The notes under the pieces are model-generated. The model ran no database searches and was not told the DNA's origin. It saw nothing but the letters and a program-made list of their open reading frames with translations. DNA of 32,000 bases from Planctopirus limnophila DSM 3776. GTDB lineage: Bacteria > Planctomycetota > Planctomycetia > Planctomycetales > Planctomycetaceae. The position numbers were made by a program, and so were the translations under genes. The stretch is taken from positions 3,120,001 through 3,152,000 of the forward strand of contig NC_014148.1 of assembly GCF_000092105.1 (NCBI RefSeq). Direction: 5' to 3'. The first letter of the stretch is position 1; each line of letters begins with the position of its first letter. Positions 1-8,224 of this stretch are shown here, in pieces.

Positions 1-398
1 AATCTATGCTGGAAGTTGCCGGAAGGACGTGGCAAATCTGGCAACCCGCTGCACTACTCGCGGCAATTCAAGAGCGGGAATCGGTGCTATCGACGGCTTT
101 CGATATGGGTGTGGCGATTCCTCATCCGCGAAATCCCGTCCCGGATGCCTTGGGGCAATCTTTGATCGCCATGGGGCGTACTCCCTCGGGAATTCCGTTT
201 GGAGCACCGAATCGCGGCCTGACAGATATCTTCTTTCTGGTACTGTGCCGGGATTCTCGCACGCATCTGCATGTTCTCGCTCGCCTGGGTCGTTTATTGC
301 AAAAGCCTGGGTTTGTCGATGAATTGCGACTCGCTCCGGATAGTGACACCAGTTACGACCTGATTTGCCGAGCCGATGCAGAACTGACGGCTGGATAG
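1..398 (+). CDS. PTS EIIA type-2 domain protein (PtsN / EIIA-Ntr-like), N-terminus upstream of window
   Basis: Reading frame is open to the left window edge (track ORF 6..398). It contains the EIIA-2 active-site block GVAIPHPR (phospho-accepting His) and the downstream FFLVL...HL..LARL region typical of PtsN/fructose-type EIIA. Stop TAG at 396-398. Confidence 0.7.
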   Translation, partial: SMLEVAGRTWQIWQPAALLAAIQERESVLSTAFDMGVAIPHPRNPVPDALGQSLIAMGRTPSGIPFGAPNRGLTDIFFLVLCRDSRTHLHVLARLGRLLQKPGFVDELRLAPDSDTSYDLICRADAELTAG

Positions 399-530
399 AT
401 CTCGTTTCTGCCAAAGAATGATTTCGTCTCTCGGGATGGAATTTCCCAGCCTGATCTGGCAGCTTACATGGCCAAGATGCCTGCTGATTGATTCAAAAAC
501 CGGACTCCTTGACCCACGGAATACCGCTGC

Positions 531-1316
531 ATGTCGCGCGATATTTTGACCTCGACTCACGATGAACTGGATGTGATTGCCGTCGGTGCTCATCCGGATG
601 ATGTGGAGATTGGCTGCGGTGGAAGTCTCGCGGCTTTCGTACAACTCGGCTATCGAGTGGGCATTGTCGATTTGACAGATGGTGAGCCGACACCATTAAG
701 CTCCGGCCGTGAAAGCCGATTGGAAGAATCCCGCCTTGCTGCCGAGGCACTGGGGATTCACATGCGCCACAATCTCCTGATCACGAACCGAACGTTGTTT
801 GACGGTTTCGGGCAGCGAGTGGCTTTGGCAAGAATCTTTCGTAAGTATCGTCCGCGAATTGTCCTGGGGATTGCAGGCAAAACACCTATGGCCTCGCCCG
901 ATCACTGGCAGGCAGCTCAGATTACCGATGCCGCTGTTTTTTACAGCCGACTTTCCAAGTGGGATGACGAGTTTGGCGACTTACCAGTCCACACGGTTTC
1001 AAAACAATTCTGGTATTCGCTGAGCCTGAGTTCGCTGGATTCTCTCAGTGGGCCGAACTCCTTTGTGATGGATATCTCGGCCACTTTATCCCAGAAGATC
1101 GCCTCGGTACGGGCCTACGAGTCACAGTTTCCGCCCACGAAAGATCGCGTCTTCCGTCTGATCGAAGGAACTTCGCGATGTGCCGGGGCCAGTTGCGGAT
1201 TTGAAGCGGGTGAAGTTCTTTTCTCAGTGACAACCCTGGGTGTCAGCGACCCGCTGGAGGCCTTTTTGCCATCACGCCAGAAATCGGCACCCGGCACGAG
1301 CGAAAAAAGTCAGTGA
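531..1316 (+). CDS. PIG-L/LmbE family N-acetylglucosaminyl deacetylase (BshB1-like)
   Basis: 261-aa ORF with the N-terminal VIAVGAHPDDVEIGCGG block (PIG-L metal-binding HPDD motif) and a later SPDHW block. Confidence 0.8.
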   Translation: MSRDILTSTHDELDVIAVGAHPDDVEIGCGGSLAAFVQLGYRVGIVDLTDGEPTPLSSGRESRLEESRLAAEALGIHMRHNLLITNRTLFDGFGQRVALARIFRKYRPRIVLGIAGKTPMASPDHWQAAQITDAAVFYSRLSKWDDEFGDLPVHTVSKQFWYSLSLSSLDSLSGPNSFVMDISATLSQKIASVRAYESQFPPTKDRVFRLIEGTSRCAGASCGFEAGEVLFSVTTLGVSDPLEAFLPSRQKSAPGTSEKSQ

Positions 1317-1534
1317 GTCAAACGATCGCGCAGTGATTCAAATTTCCGACATGATGTTCACGATTGGATTCTGTCTCCAGAAAATTCACAGGTTTTGCTG
1401 CTCAACTGCTGGAGAATTCGGGTTTTCGGTAAAAAAGTTACGCGAAGGCTTTGATGTTTTCACAATTGTCCCTGAAGAGCCATGAAATACTGTTGTGAGT
1501 GAGGCTGTTCAGCTAGGATGAAATGAGCTGTCGA

Positions 1535-1598
1535 GTTGACGAACACAGATGTTGACAGACGCAGAAATTGACATACGCCGAAATTGACAGAGTGCCAT
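1535..1598 (+). promoter_or_regulatory. Four phased 16-bp direct repeats, each carrying TTGAC(A/G)
   Basis: Units are gttgacgaacacagat, gttgacagacgcagaa, attgacatacgccgaa and attgacagagtgccat, starting at 1535, 1551, 1567 and 1583. TTGAC starts at 1536, 1552, 1568 and 1584, an exact 16-bp period. The array is intergenic, about 100-160 bp upstream of the PP2C gene. Confidence 0.6.
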
Positions 1599-1695
1599 AA
1601 ATCCGGCAATGCAAAGAGCCTGTGGAATCCCTCGATCTGACGGGTTTCTCAGAGGGAGCAAGGATCTTTTTGCCTGCCTGATTCAATGAATTCCA

Positions 1696-2451
1696 GTGAG
1701 TGTCGAGATCATGAAGTTTCGAGTCGGTTCCACAAGTATTAAGGGCAACTTTCGTGATAACAACGAAGACGCGCTCTTTGTGGATGCTCAGAATCGATTC
1801 TTTCTTGTCGCTGATGGCATGGGTGGGCAATCGGCTGGTGAGCGTGCCAGTGCTCTGGCGATGGAAGTGATCCCCAAAAAAATAGCCAGCCAGATTCAAT
1901 TTTCGAGCTCGACAAACGAGCATGTGGTCAAGGTGATCGACGACGCCATTGCGCTGGCTAACAGCGAAATCATGGCTCTTGGCGAACTCGATTCCAAACT
2001 GCACAACATGGGCACGACGGTCACTTTTGCCGTCATCGTCAATAACGTGATGTTCGCAGGAGGAGTGGGAGATAGCCGTACTTATCTGTTGAGAAAGCAT
2101 GATTTTCGGCAACTGACAACCGATCATTCGCTCACCCAGGCTCTGGTGGACGCGGGGACTTTAACTCCGGAAGAAGCCCTTACCCATCGATATCGCAATG
2201 TGCTCTATCGGTATCTGGGGGCCAAAGATGGTTCGCAGGGAAGCGGTGCCAAGCCTTATCCACTTCAGCCCGGCGATCGCATTCTGCTCTGCTCGGATGG
2301 AGCCACGGGGGGGATTCCAGATCCTCAGCTTCAGCAACTTCTGGCCAGTGGCGACGATCCCCAAAAGATCGCCGAGATCATTGTCAAAGCTGCGGAAGAT
2401 GGTGGTTCGAAGGACAATATCACGGTGATTGTGGTCCTTGTCGACGCCTGA
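1696..2451 (+). CDS. PP2C-family Ser/Thr protein phosphatase (Stp1/PrpC-like)
   Basis: PP2C blocks NEDALFV, LVADGMGG, LLCSDGATGG and GGSKDNITVIVV. The start is ambiguous between GTG 1696 and in-frame ATG 1711. Confidence 0.85.
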   Translation: MSVEIMKFRVGSTSIKGNFRDNNEDALFVDAQNRFFLVADGMGGQSAGERASALAMEVIPKKIASQIQFSSSTNEHVVKVIDDAIALANSEIMALGELDSKLHNMGTTVTFAVIVNNVMFAGGVGDSRTYLLRKHDFRQLTTDHSLTQALVDAGTLTPEEALTHRYRNVLYRYLGAKDGSQGSGAKPYPLQPGDRILLCSDGATGGIPDPQLQQLLASGDDPQKIAEIIVKAAEDGGSKDNITVIVVLVDA

Positions 2452-2603
2452 ATCTAGTCGTTCACAAGCTCCCAGACACGCTGTCTGTGCCAAGTTCCAC
2501 GCATTTCACTTAAGGAATGCTCGCCTTATGAAGGCCCCTTGCGAACTGCCAATGGCGCTGAGATGTTTCTCTGAAAACAAAAGCGATGTTTTGCTTGCGA
2601 AGA

Positions 2604-2633
2604 CATGCTTGCCCAGTGCTGCAAGCATGGCAC
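2604..2633 (-). repeat. GTGC-headed palindromic repeat (CATGCTTGC / GCAAGCATG stem), copy 1, reverse orientation
   Basis: catgcttgcccagtgctgcaagcatggcac has a perfect 9-bp stem. The reverse complement reads GTGCCATGCTTGCagcactggGCAAGCATGtcttcgc, matching the copies at 23586 and 27163 including flanks. Confidence 0.8.
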
Positions 2634-2922
2634 ACAGGGCGCTATAACTTCACCGAAAGTGCACAAGAGACCATTTCGCCCTGTGAAATCTTCCTCCCAC
2701 ACTGCCTGCCAAGTTGTCGTAGATTCTCTGGTACAGACCTCCGAACCCGCATTTTCGGGAAATCGAGGGTGCGATGATTTTCACGAATGCGATCGATCTA
2801 GCGAACTGATCCATTCCACACGCTTCAACATCAGCTAGAATCTTGTAGCGAAGGTGAAGAACCTGGGCGATCTGTATCGATTGCATCAATTAGCACGACA
2901 AATCAGTTCCAAAGGATGATCT

Positions 2923-5514
2923 ATGCGTAGAACGTGGTGGCTTGGGGCCTTACTCATTGTTGCCTCGGCAGTTACGGGGGACTGGGCCACATCCTCCTGC
3001 CAGGCCCAGGAAGCTGCACCCGACAAGTTTGCTCTGGCAACAAAAGGTGCCAAAAAGGTCGAAGGTCTCTGGACCATCTATTTCAAAGATCAGCAGGTGC
3101 TGGTCGAATTCAAACCTGCTCAACTGCAGCAGGAATACCTCATGCTTTCGTCGCTGGCACGCGGCGTCAGTGGTGTGGGAGGTGGATTCCTCTCCAGCGG
3201 CATGAGCTGGGGTGATGACGTCATCTGGACATTCCGCAAGGTGGGCGAAAAAGTTCATCTGCTGAAAAAGAATGTCCGCTTCAAAGCCAAACCCGGCAGC
3301 CCTGAAGCAACAGCCGTCCAACTCGCTTACAGCGACAGCATCATGTATGCCCTCCCCGTGGTCGCAGAATCGGGAAGTGGCATTCTCGTCGATATGACGC
3401 GTGTTTTCCTGAGCGATGACGAGCAGATTGGCCGCAATTTTGGTGGCAGCTTTGTGATGGATCGATCCACGATCAACAAGGTCAAAGGCTTCCCCAAGAA
3501 CATGGAAATCGCCGTCAATGCGGTTTATTCCAGCTCGATGTCCATCGAGACCGTGCCCGATTCCCGTGGTGTTCAAGTCGGTGTGCATTACAGCATCAGC
3601 CAGCTTCCATCAACGGGTTACAAGCCTCGCAAAGCCGATGATCGAGTGGGTTACTTCCTCACAGCCACCAAGGATTTCTCCGACAACGCCGATCCTCAGC
3701 ACTTTGTGCGATACATTACCCGTTGGGATCTGCAGAAGGCTGATCCTTCCGCCCGACTCTCGCCACCTAAAGATCCCATCATTTTCTACATGGAAAAGAC
3801 CATTCCTATCAATCTGCGGCCTGTCGTTCGTGCCGGGATTGAAGAGTGGAACAAAGCCTTCGAGAAAGTCGGTTTTGCCAACGCCATCGAAGTTCGCCAG
3901 CAGCGTGACGACGACGACTGGGATCCGGAAGACGTGCGTTACAACACGTTCCGCTGGATCACCGCTGATGCCGGCTTTGCGATTGGACCATCGCGTGTGA
4001 ATCCACTCACAGGTCAGATTCTCGACGCCGACATTCTCTTCGATGCCGGCTTCCTCAGGTCGTGGGCACGGGATTACAACCTGTTCGCTACTCCCAGCGA
4101 TAAAGCCAACGGATTGTTCGATCTTCAGGCCAAACCCGAAGCCACTGTGGCGATGCCAGGCAATGACCGTCTGTGCCAGTTGACCACAGGGATGCAGCGG
4201 CAGATGGGTGTGGCGGCAGCCGCTCTCTTCGCACGCGGCGACATGACGAAAGACGGCAAACTTCCCGAAGAATACATCGAGCAGGCACTCAAGGAAGTCG
4301 TCATGCACGAAGTGGGCCATACACTCGGACTGAGGCATAACTTCAAAGCCAGTGCGTGGAAATCACTCGCGGATATTGAAGACCCCGCCAAAGCCAACGA
4401 AGCCACTGTCGCTTCAGTCATGGATTACTGCCCAGTGAGTATTGCCCTGCCCGGCAAACCACAAGGTGCTTACTACACCAAGACGATCGGGCCATACGAT
4501 TACTGGGCGATCGAATTTGGCTATAAACCGATCAGTGGCGACGAACCTGCCGAGCTGAAGAAGATTGCCAGCCGCTCCGCTGAACCTGGTCTTGATTACT
4601 CGACCGATGAAGACACCCGCCCCAGCGATGCAGACCCCTATTCGAACCGCTTCGACATGGGGAATGATATTTCGGCCTTTGCCAAACGTCAGATGACTCT
4701 CGTCAATGAACTGCTGCCCAAGGTCGTGGAAAAGATCGCTGTCGAAGGGGATGGCTATCAGAATGTCCGGCTCGCGTTCAACCACCTGCTGGGCGAATAC
4801 TGGGAGACGGCTAACTTTGCTGCTCGTCTGCCGGGTGGTTTGCAGGTCGCTCGAGATCATAAGGGCGATGCCAATGCCCGGGCACCGTTCCGTGTCATGG
4901 ATGCCAAACAACAGCGGGCCGCCACTCAGCTTCTGGCTGAAATGGCCTTCGCTGCACCCAAGCTCGACCCTAATCTGGTCAACTTCCTGGCAACCAATAA
5001 GTGGTCGCACTGGGGAACCACGACACCAACACGACAGGATCTGGCATTGCATCAGCTCGTCGAAACACAGCAACTCAAGCTGCTCAGCCAGCTGATGTCA
5101 TCGCTCACACTCTCGCGCATTCAAGATAACGAGCGCAAGGTGGGTGCTGATGATGATGCCTACACACTCGCCGAGCATATGGATCTGATCGTTGTGCCGG
5201 TCTTCAGCGAACTGAACGATCCAGCCGCTGGCGACTACACCGCTCGCAAGCCACTGGTCGACAGCTACCGCCGCAACCTGCAGCGGGCTATCATCAAGGC
5301 ACTCGGCTCAATGGCCACCCGACCTACGGGTGCACCAGATGATGCCCGCGTCCTGGCTCGCACTCACCTCGATGCGATCAAGGCCAAGATCGAAGCAGCC
5401 CAGAAGAAGGACGGCGTCAAACTCGATCCTTACACCGCTGCACACCTGGCCGACCTCAAATCGAAAATCGAACTGGTCGAGAAAGCCCAACTCTCCATCA
5501 GCTCCGTCGACTAA
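2923..5514 (+). CDS. Secreted zinc metalloprotease, metzincin-type (resembles the large DUF4953/DUF5117-type zinc-dependent metalloprotease family)
   Basis: 863-aa ORF. AAGGA lies 7 nt upstream of the ATG. N-terminal signal-like segment MRRTWWLGALLIVASAVTG. Zinc motif HEVGHTLGLRHNF (HEXXHXXGXXH) is encoded near 4310-4345. Confidence 0.85.
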   Translation: MRRTWWLGALLIVASAVTGDWATSSCQAQEAAPDKFALATKGAKKVEGLWTIYFKDQQVLVEFKPAQLQQEYLMLSSLARGVSGVGGGFLSSGMSWGDDVIWTFRKVGEKVHLLKKNVRFKAKPGSPEATAVQLAYSDSIMYALPVVAESGSGILVDMTRVFLSDDEQIGRNFGGSFVMDRSTINKVKGFPKNMEIAVNAVYSSSMSIETVPDSRGVQVGVHYSISQLPSTGYKPRKADDRVGYFLTATKDFSDNADPQHFVRYITRWDLQKADPSARLSPPKDPIIFYMEKTIPINLRPVVRAGIEEWNKAFEKVGFANAIEVRQQRDDDDWDPEDVRYNTFRWITADAGFAIGPSRVNPLTGQILDADILFDAGFLRSWARDYNLFATPSDKANGLFDLQAKPEATVAMPGNDRLCQLTTGMQRQMGVAAAALFARGDMTKDGKLPEEYIEQALKEVVMHEVGHTLGLRHNFKASAWKSLADIEDPAKANEATVASVMDYCPVSIALPGKPQGAYYTKTIGPYDYWAIEFGYKPISGDEPAELKKIASRSAEPGLDYSTDEDTRPSDADPYSNRFDMGNDISAFAKRQMTLVNELLPKVVEKIAVEGDGYQNVRLAFNHLLGEYWETANFAARLPGGLQVARDHKGDANARAPFRVMDAKQQRAATQLLAEMAFAAPKLDPNLVNFLATNKWSHWGTTTPTRQDLALHQLVETQQLKLLSQLMSSLTLSRIQDNERKVGADDDAYTLAEHMDLIVVPVFSELNDPAAGDYTARKPLVDSYRRNLQRAIIKALGSMATRPTGAPDDARVLARTHLDAIKAKIEAAQKKDGVKLDPYTAAHLADLKSKIELVEKAQLSISSVD

Positions 5515-5609
5515 TGCCCTCACGGGGCCCTCGCGGGCTTTGGGGCAGCGTATGTGGGCAAGTCGTTCAAAAGACGATTGAGGCTTACGCTGCCAGAGAG
5601 TTGATTAAT

Positions 5610-5660
5610 AAAAAACCCCTGTCACTCAGTTTCACAACTCAGTGGCAGGGGTTTTTCTTT
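5610..5660 (+). terminator. Rho-independent terminator after the metalloprotease gene
   Basis: aaaaaCCCCTGTCACTCAGtttcacaaCTCAGTGGCAGGGGtttttcttt has a GC-rich stem (two mismatches) at 5616-5651 followed by a T run. An A run on the 5' side could allow bidirectional use. Confidence 0.7.
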
Positions 5661-5708
5661 GAGACGAAAAAACGAGCTATACGGATTCCACGATTCAACA
5701 GCGGTTTT

Positions 5709-5739
5709 GTGCCATGCTTGCGGCCCTGAGCAAGCATGC
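5709..5739 (+). repeat. GTGC-headed palindromic repeat, copy 2
   Basis: GTGCCATGCTTGCggccctgaGCAAGCATGc, with a perfect 9-bp stem. It lies between the convergent protease and STAS genes. Confidence 0.8.
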
Positions 5740-5795
5740 TTTATGCAACCTCAGCGCACCAATGATTCATGGAGCGATTGACATCTTCGGCTGAT

Positions 5796-6161
5796 TCAGG
5801 AAGCCATAGCTAAAAGCGCTTCCTGCTTCGTGCTGTAGCGTGGCCAGACTTCATCAATGTGAGTCACCTGGAGCACTTCCACGCAATAAGGCGAGACACT
5901 GCACAGGGCAAAGACCCCTTGCTGATCTTCCTTAATTCGCTTCCAGCCACGAACCAGCAATTCGATAAACGATGAGCCGAAGAACTCCACACCTTCAAGA
6001 TCAATGAGAACTTTCCTCGGCTGCGCCCCTTGCATCGCAGCGAGAAATGTGGAGGCAATCTGTTCAACTTCGGTTTCACGCAATCTCTGAAAGACTGCTG
6101 GAAACGAAATCACGGTCACCTGCGCTTCGTGAGTGACACGGATGTCGGCCATAAACGCCAT
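5796..6161 (-). CDS. STAS-domain anti-sigma-factor antagonist (SpoIIAA/RsbV-like)
   Basis: 121-aa ORF of typical STAS length. It has the central LIDLEGVEFFGSSFIELLV block with the conserved Ser position. Confidence 0.8.
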   Translation of the reverse strand: MAFMADIRVTHEAQVTVISFPAVFQRLRETEVEQIASTFLAAMQGAQPRKVLIDLEGVEFFGSSFIELLVRGWKRIKEDQQGVFALCSVSPYCVEVLQVTHIDEVWPRYSTKQEALLAMAS

Positions 6162-6196
6162 TCCTGTTATACGACTGGCTCAAACTGAATACCGGT

Positions 6197-6210
6197 CAGT
6201 GAATTCACTG
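6197..6210. promoter_or_regulatory. Perfect 14-bp palindrome CAGTGAATTCACTG in the divergent STAS / larC promoter region
   Basis: The sequence is its own reverse complement. It sits 36 bp upstream of the STAS start and 124 bp upstream of the larC start. Confidence 0.35.
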
Positions 6211-6333
6211 GCGGCGATGAGGTTGTATTGTGCCGACTTCTCTCGCACTTGCCAAACCTGCCCGAAAAACGTCAATCTCTGGGCCAATTGATTTTTGAAA
6301 CAAATGGGCAACATGGCCAGGGAATGAAGCAGC

Positions 6334-7761
6334 ATGAGAATTGCGTACCTCGATTGCGCCAGTGGAATCAGTGGAGATATGACCGTAGCGGCACTGGTTG
6401 ATGCCGGTGTCGATGAGCTCGCGATCGAAGCCGCGATCAACTCGTTGCGTTTGCCGGGAGTTCGGATCGAATTTGAAACCGTGATGCGGGGTGGCTTTCG
6501 AGCCCGACACATGAAAGTTCATCATCCCGAACAGCATGCCCACCGCTATCTTGCCGATATCTACGAAATCCTTGATCGTGCTGATGAATTGACCATCCGG
6601 CAAAGGCTTCTGGCCAAGCGGATATTCCAGGAAATAGCCATTGCCGAGGCTCATGTGCATGGCTCGACCATGGAAAAAATCCACTTCCATGAAGTCGGAG
6701 CCATCGACTCGATTGTGGACATCACAGCAGCAGCCGTAGGGTTTGATCTCCTGGGAGTGGATGAAATTCTGGCCAGCCCGACCCCGACCGGTCGTGGGGA
6801 TGTCATGATTGCTCATGGCCGCTGCCGGATTCCCACGCCAGGGACAGCCGAACTGCTCAAAGGGATTCCCCTCGCGCAGGAAGATCTCCCTTATGAGCTG
6901 ACAACCCCCACAGGGGCTGCCATTCTGCGGGTGCTGGTCAACCGGTTCACGCTGGGTGTTCCGGAAATGGTGATTGAAAAAGTTGGACATGGCGCGGGAA
7001 CTCGCGACATGCCCGAACGGGCAAACATTCTGCGGCTGTTTGTCGGTGAGGCCATTGCCGACCCCGAGAGCGACACCGTTCTGCTCATGGAGACAAATCT
7101 GGATGATGTCAGTGGAGAAGTGATTGGCTATGTCAGAGAAAAGCTCATGGGGAGTGGGGCTTTTGATGTGTGGTTAACTTCGATTGATATGAAGAAAAAC
7201 CGCCCTGGAGTGCTGCTGAGTCTCCTGTGCCACCCGGCTGACGGCCCGAAACTGGAAGCGATATTGTTTTCTGAAACCGGCACGCTGGGAATCCGCCGCT
7301 CGATCATGCGACGATCCAAACGCACACGACAATCGGTGATCGTTGAGACCGAGTTTGGCCCCGTGGAAGGCAAACTCGGGCTGGGGACCCAACTGGCACC
7401 ATCGTTTGCACCTGAGTTTGAAAGCTGTCGCCAGGTGGCCGAATTGGCGGGCCGCCCGATTCGTGAGATCTATCGGGCCGCCGAAGCCGCCTTTCTCGTG
7501 AGTGGAACGCAGCCCCAGCAGGTCATCGCACCGGAAAAGATCGCCACACGACATTCCCACGATCATTCCCACGATCATTCCCACGATCATTCCCACGATC
7601 ATTCCCACGATCATTCCCACGATCATTCCCACGATCATTCCCACGATCATTCCCACGATCACTCCCATGATCACTCCCATGACCATTCCCATGACCATTC
7701 CCACGACCGCTCTCATGACCACTCTCATGACCATGGGCGAGGAGAGCACAAGCAGCCTTGA
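6334..7761 (+). CDS. larC: Nickel-pincer cofactor biosynthesis protein LarC (DUF111/UPF0272 family) with C-terminal (HSHD)n tail
   Basis: N-terminus MRIAYLDCASGISGDMTVAALVDAGV is the hallmark LarC/DUF111 start. 475 aa. C-terminal tail of 13 HSHD + RSHD + HSHD. Confidence 0.85.
   Translation: MRIAYLDCASGISGDMTVAALVDAGVDELAIEAAINSLRLPGVRIEFETVMRGGFRARHMKVHHPEQHAHRYLADIYEILDRADELTIRQRLLAKRIFQEIAIAEAHVHGSTMEKIHFHEVGAIDSIVDITAAAVGFDLLGVDEILASPTPTGRGDVMIAHGRCRIPTPGTAELLKGIPLAQEDLPYELTTPTGAAILRVLVNRFTLGVPEMVIEKVGHGAGTRDMPERANILRLFVGEAIADPESDTVLLMETNLDDVSGEVIGYVREKLMGSGAFDVWLTSIDMKKNRPGVLLSLLCHPADGPKLEAILFSETGTLGIRRSIMRRSKRTRQSVIVETEFGPVEGKLGLGTQLAPSFAPEFESCRQVAELAGRPIREIYRAAEAAFLVSGTQPQQVIAPEKIATRHSHDHSHDHSHDHSHDHSHDHSHDHSHDHSHDHSHDHSHDHSHDHSHDHSHDRSHDHSHDHGRGEHKQP
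7552..7731 (+). repeat. In-frame 12-bp tandem repeat (15 units) encoding His-Ser-His-Asp
   Basis: Nine perfect copies of cattcccacgat span 7552-7659. Six progressively diverged units follow (cactcccatgat, cactcccatgac, cattcccatgac, cattcccacgac, cgctctcatgac, cactctcatgac). Confidence 0.95.
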
Positions 7762-7874
7762 AGTGATGGATTCCCGAGCAGTTGCTTGAAGGAACGTCGA
7801 GTTGCTGCTAACCTTCATCACTTCTGACGGAATAAATTACTTCGCGGACGCTGAAACAACGGAGCGTTAAGGTC

Positions 7875-7961
7875 ATGGGTGTTAAGAAAACTGGGCGGGG
7901 CCGCCGCAAGATTGGTCGCAAAAAGCGAAAGATGCGGGCTCGAATTCGTCATCGTAAGTAA
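7875..7961 (+). CDS. 28-aa highly basic peptide, possibly ribosomal protein bS22 / AURKAIP1-COX24-like (below the ORF-track size cutoff)
   Basis: ATG 7875 is preceded by GGAG at 7861-7864. Translation is MGVKKTGRGRRKIGRKKRKMRARIRHRK with stop TAA at 7959-7961. 16 of 28 residues are Lys/Arg. The RRK-x-x-RKKRK-x-R-x-R-x-RHRK pattern resembles bacterial bS22-type peptides from memory. Confidence 0.5.
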   Translation: MGVKKTGRGRRKIGRKKRKMRARIRHRK

Positions 7962-8224
7962 TTGAAAACATTGAGCTTATGCAGTCACACATGCGACTGG
8001 GTCAGCCACATGCATTCTTCCAGACCATGTCACACCAGTTCCCAACTGGCGTCTCATGGTCTGTTTGCATTGAATCTTGCCAATTTCAAAGAACGATCTG
8101 CACGAAAAAATCCTCTCGAATAACACGACAGATCTGTGTAGTTTGATGGGTTGAAATGGCCTCCGCATGTGTGGAGACTTGCCCCCCTGCCTAGATCAAA
8201 CTGTACAGAAGACACCCGCCCGCC

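Noticed and set aside
2650-2889. 79-aa minus-strand ORF divergent from the metalloprotease gene.
   Set aside because: It has a TTG/ATG start with no SD, only 33 bp from the protease start, and no recognisable motif. It is more likely promoter or leader DNA.
7502-7789. 95-aa ORF with an IPTI repeat.
   Set aside because: It is the +1 frame of the 12-bp HSHD repeat inside larC and a by-product of the tandem repeat.
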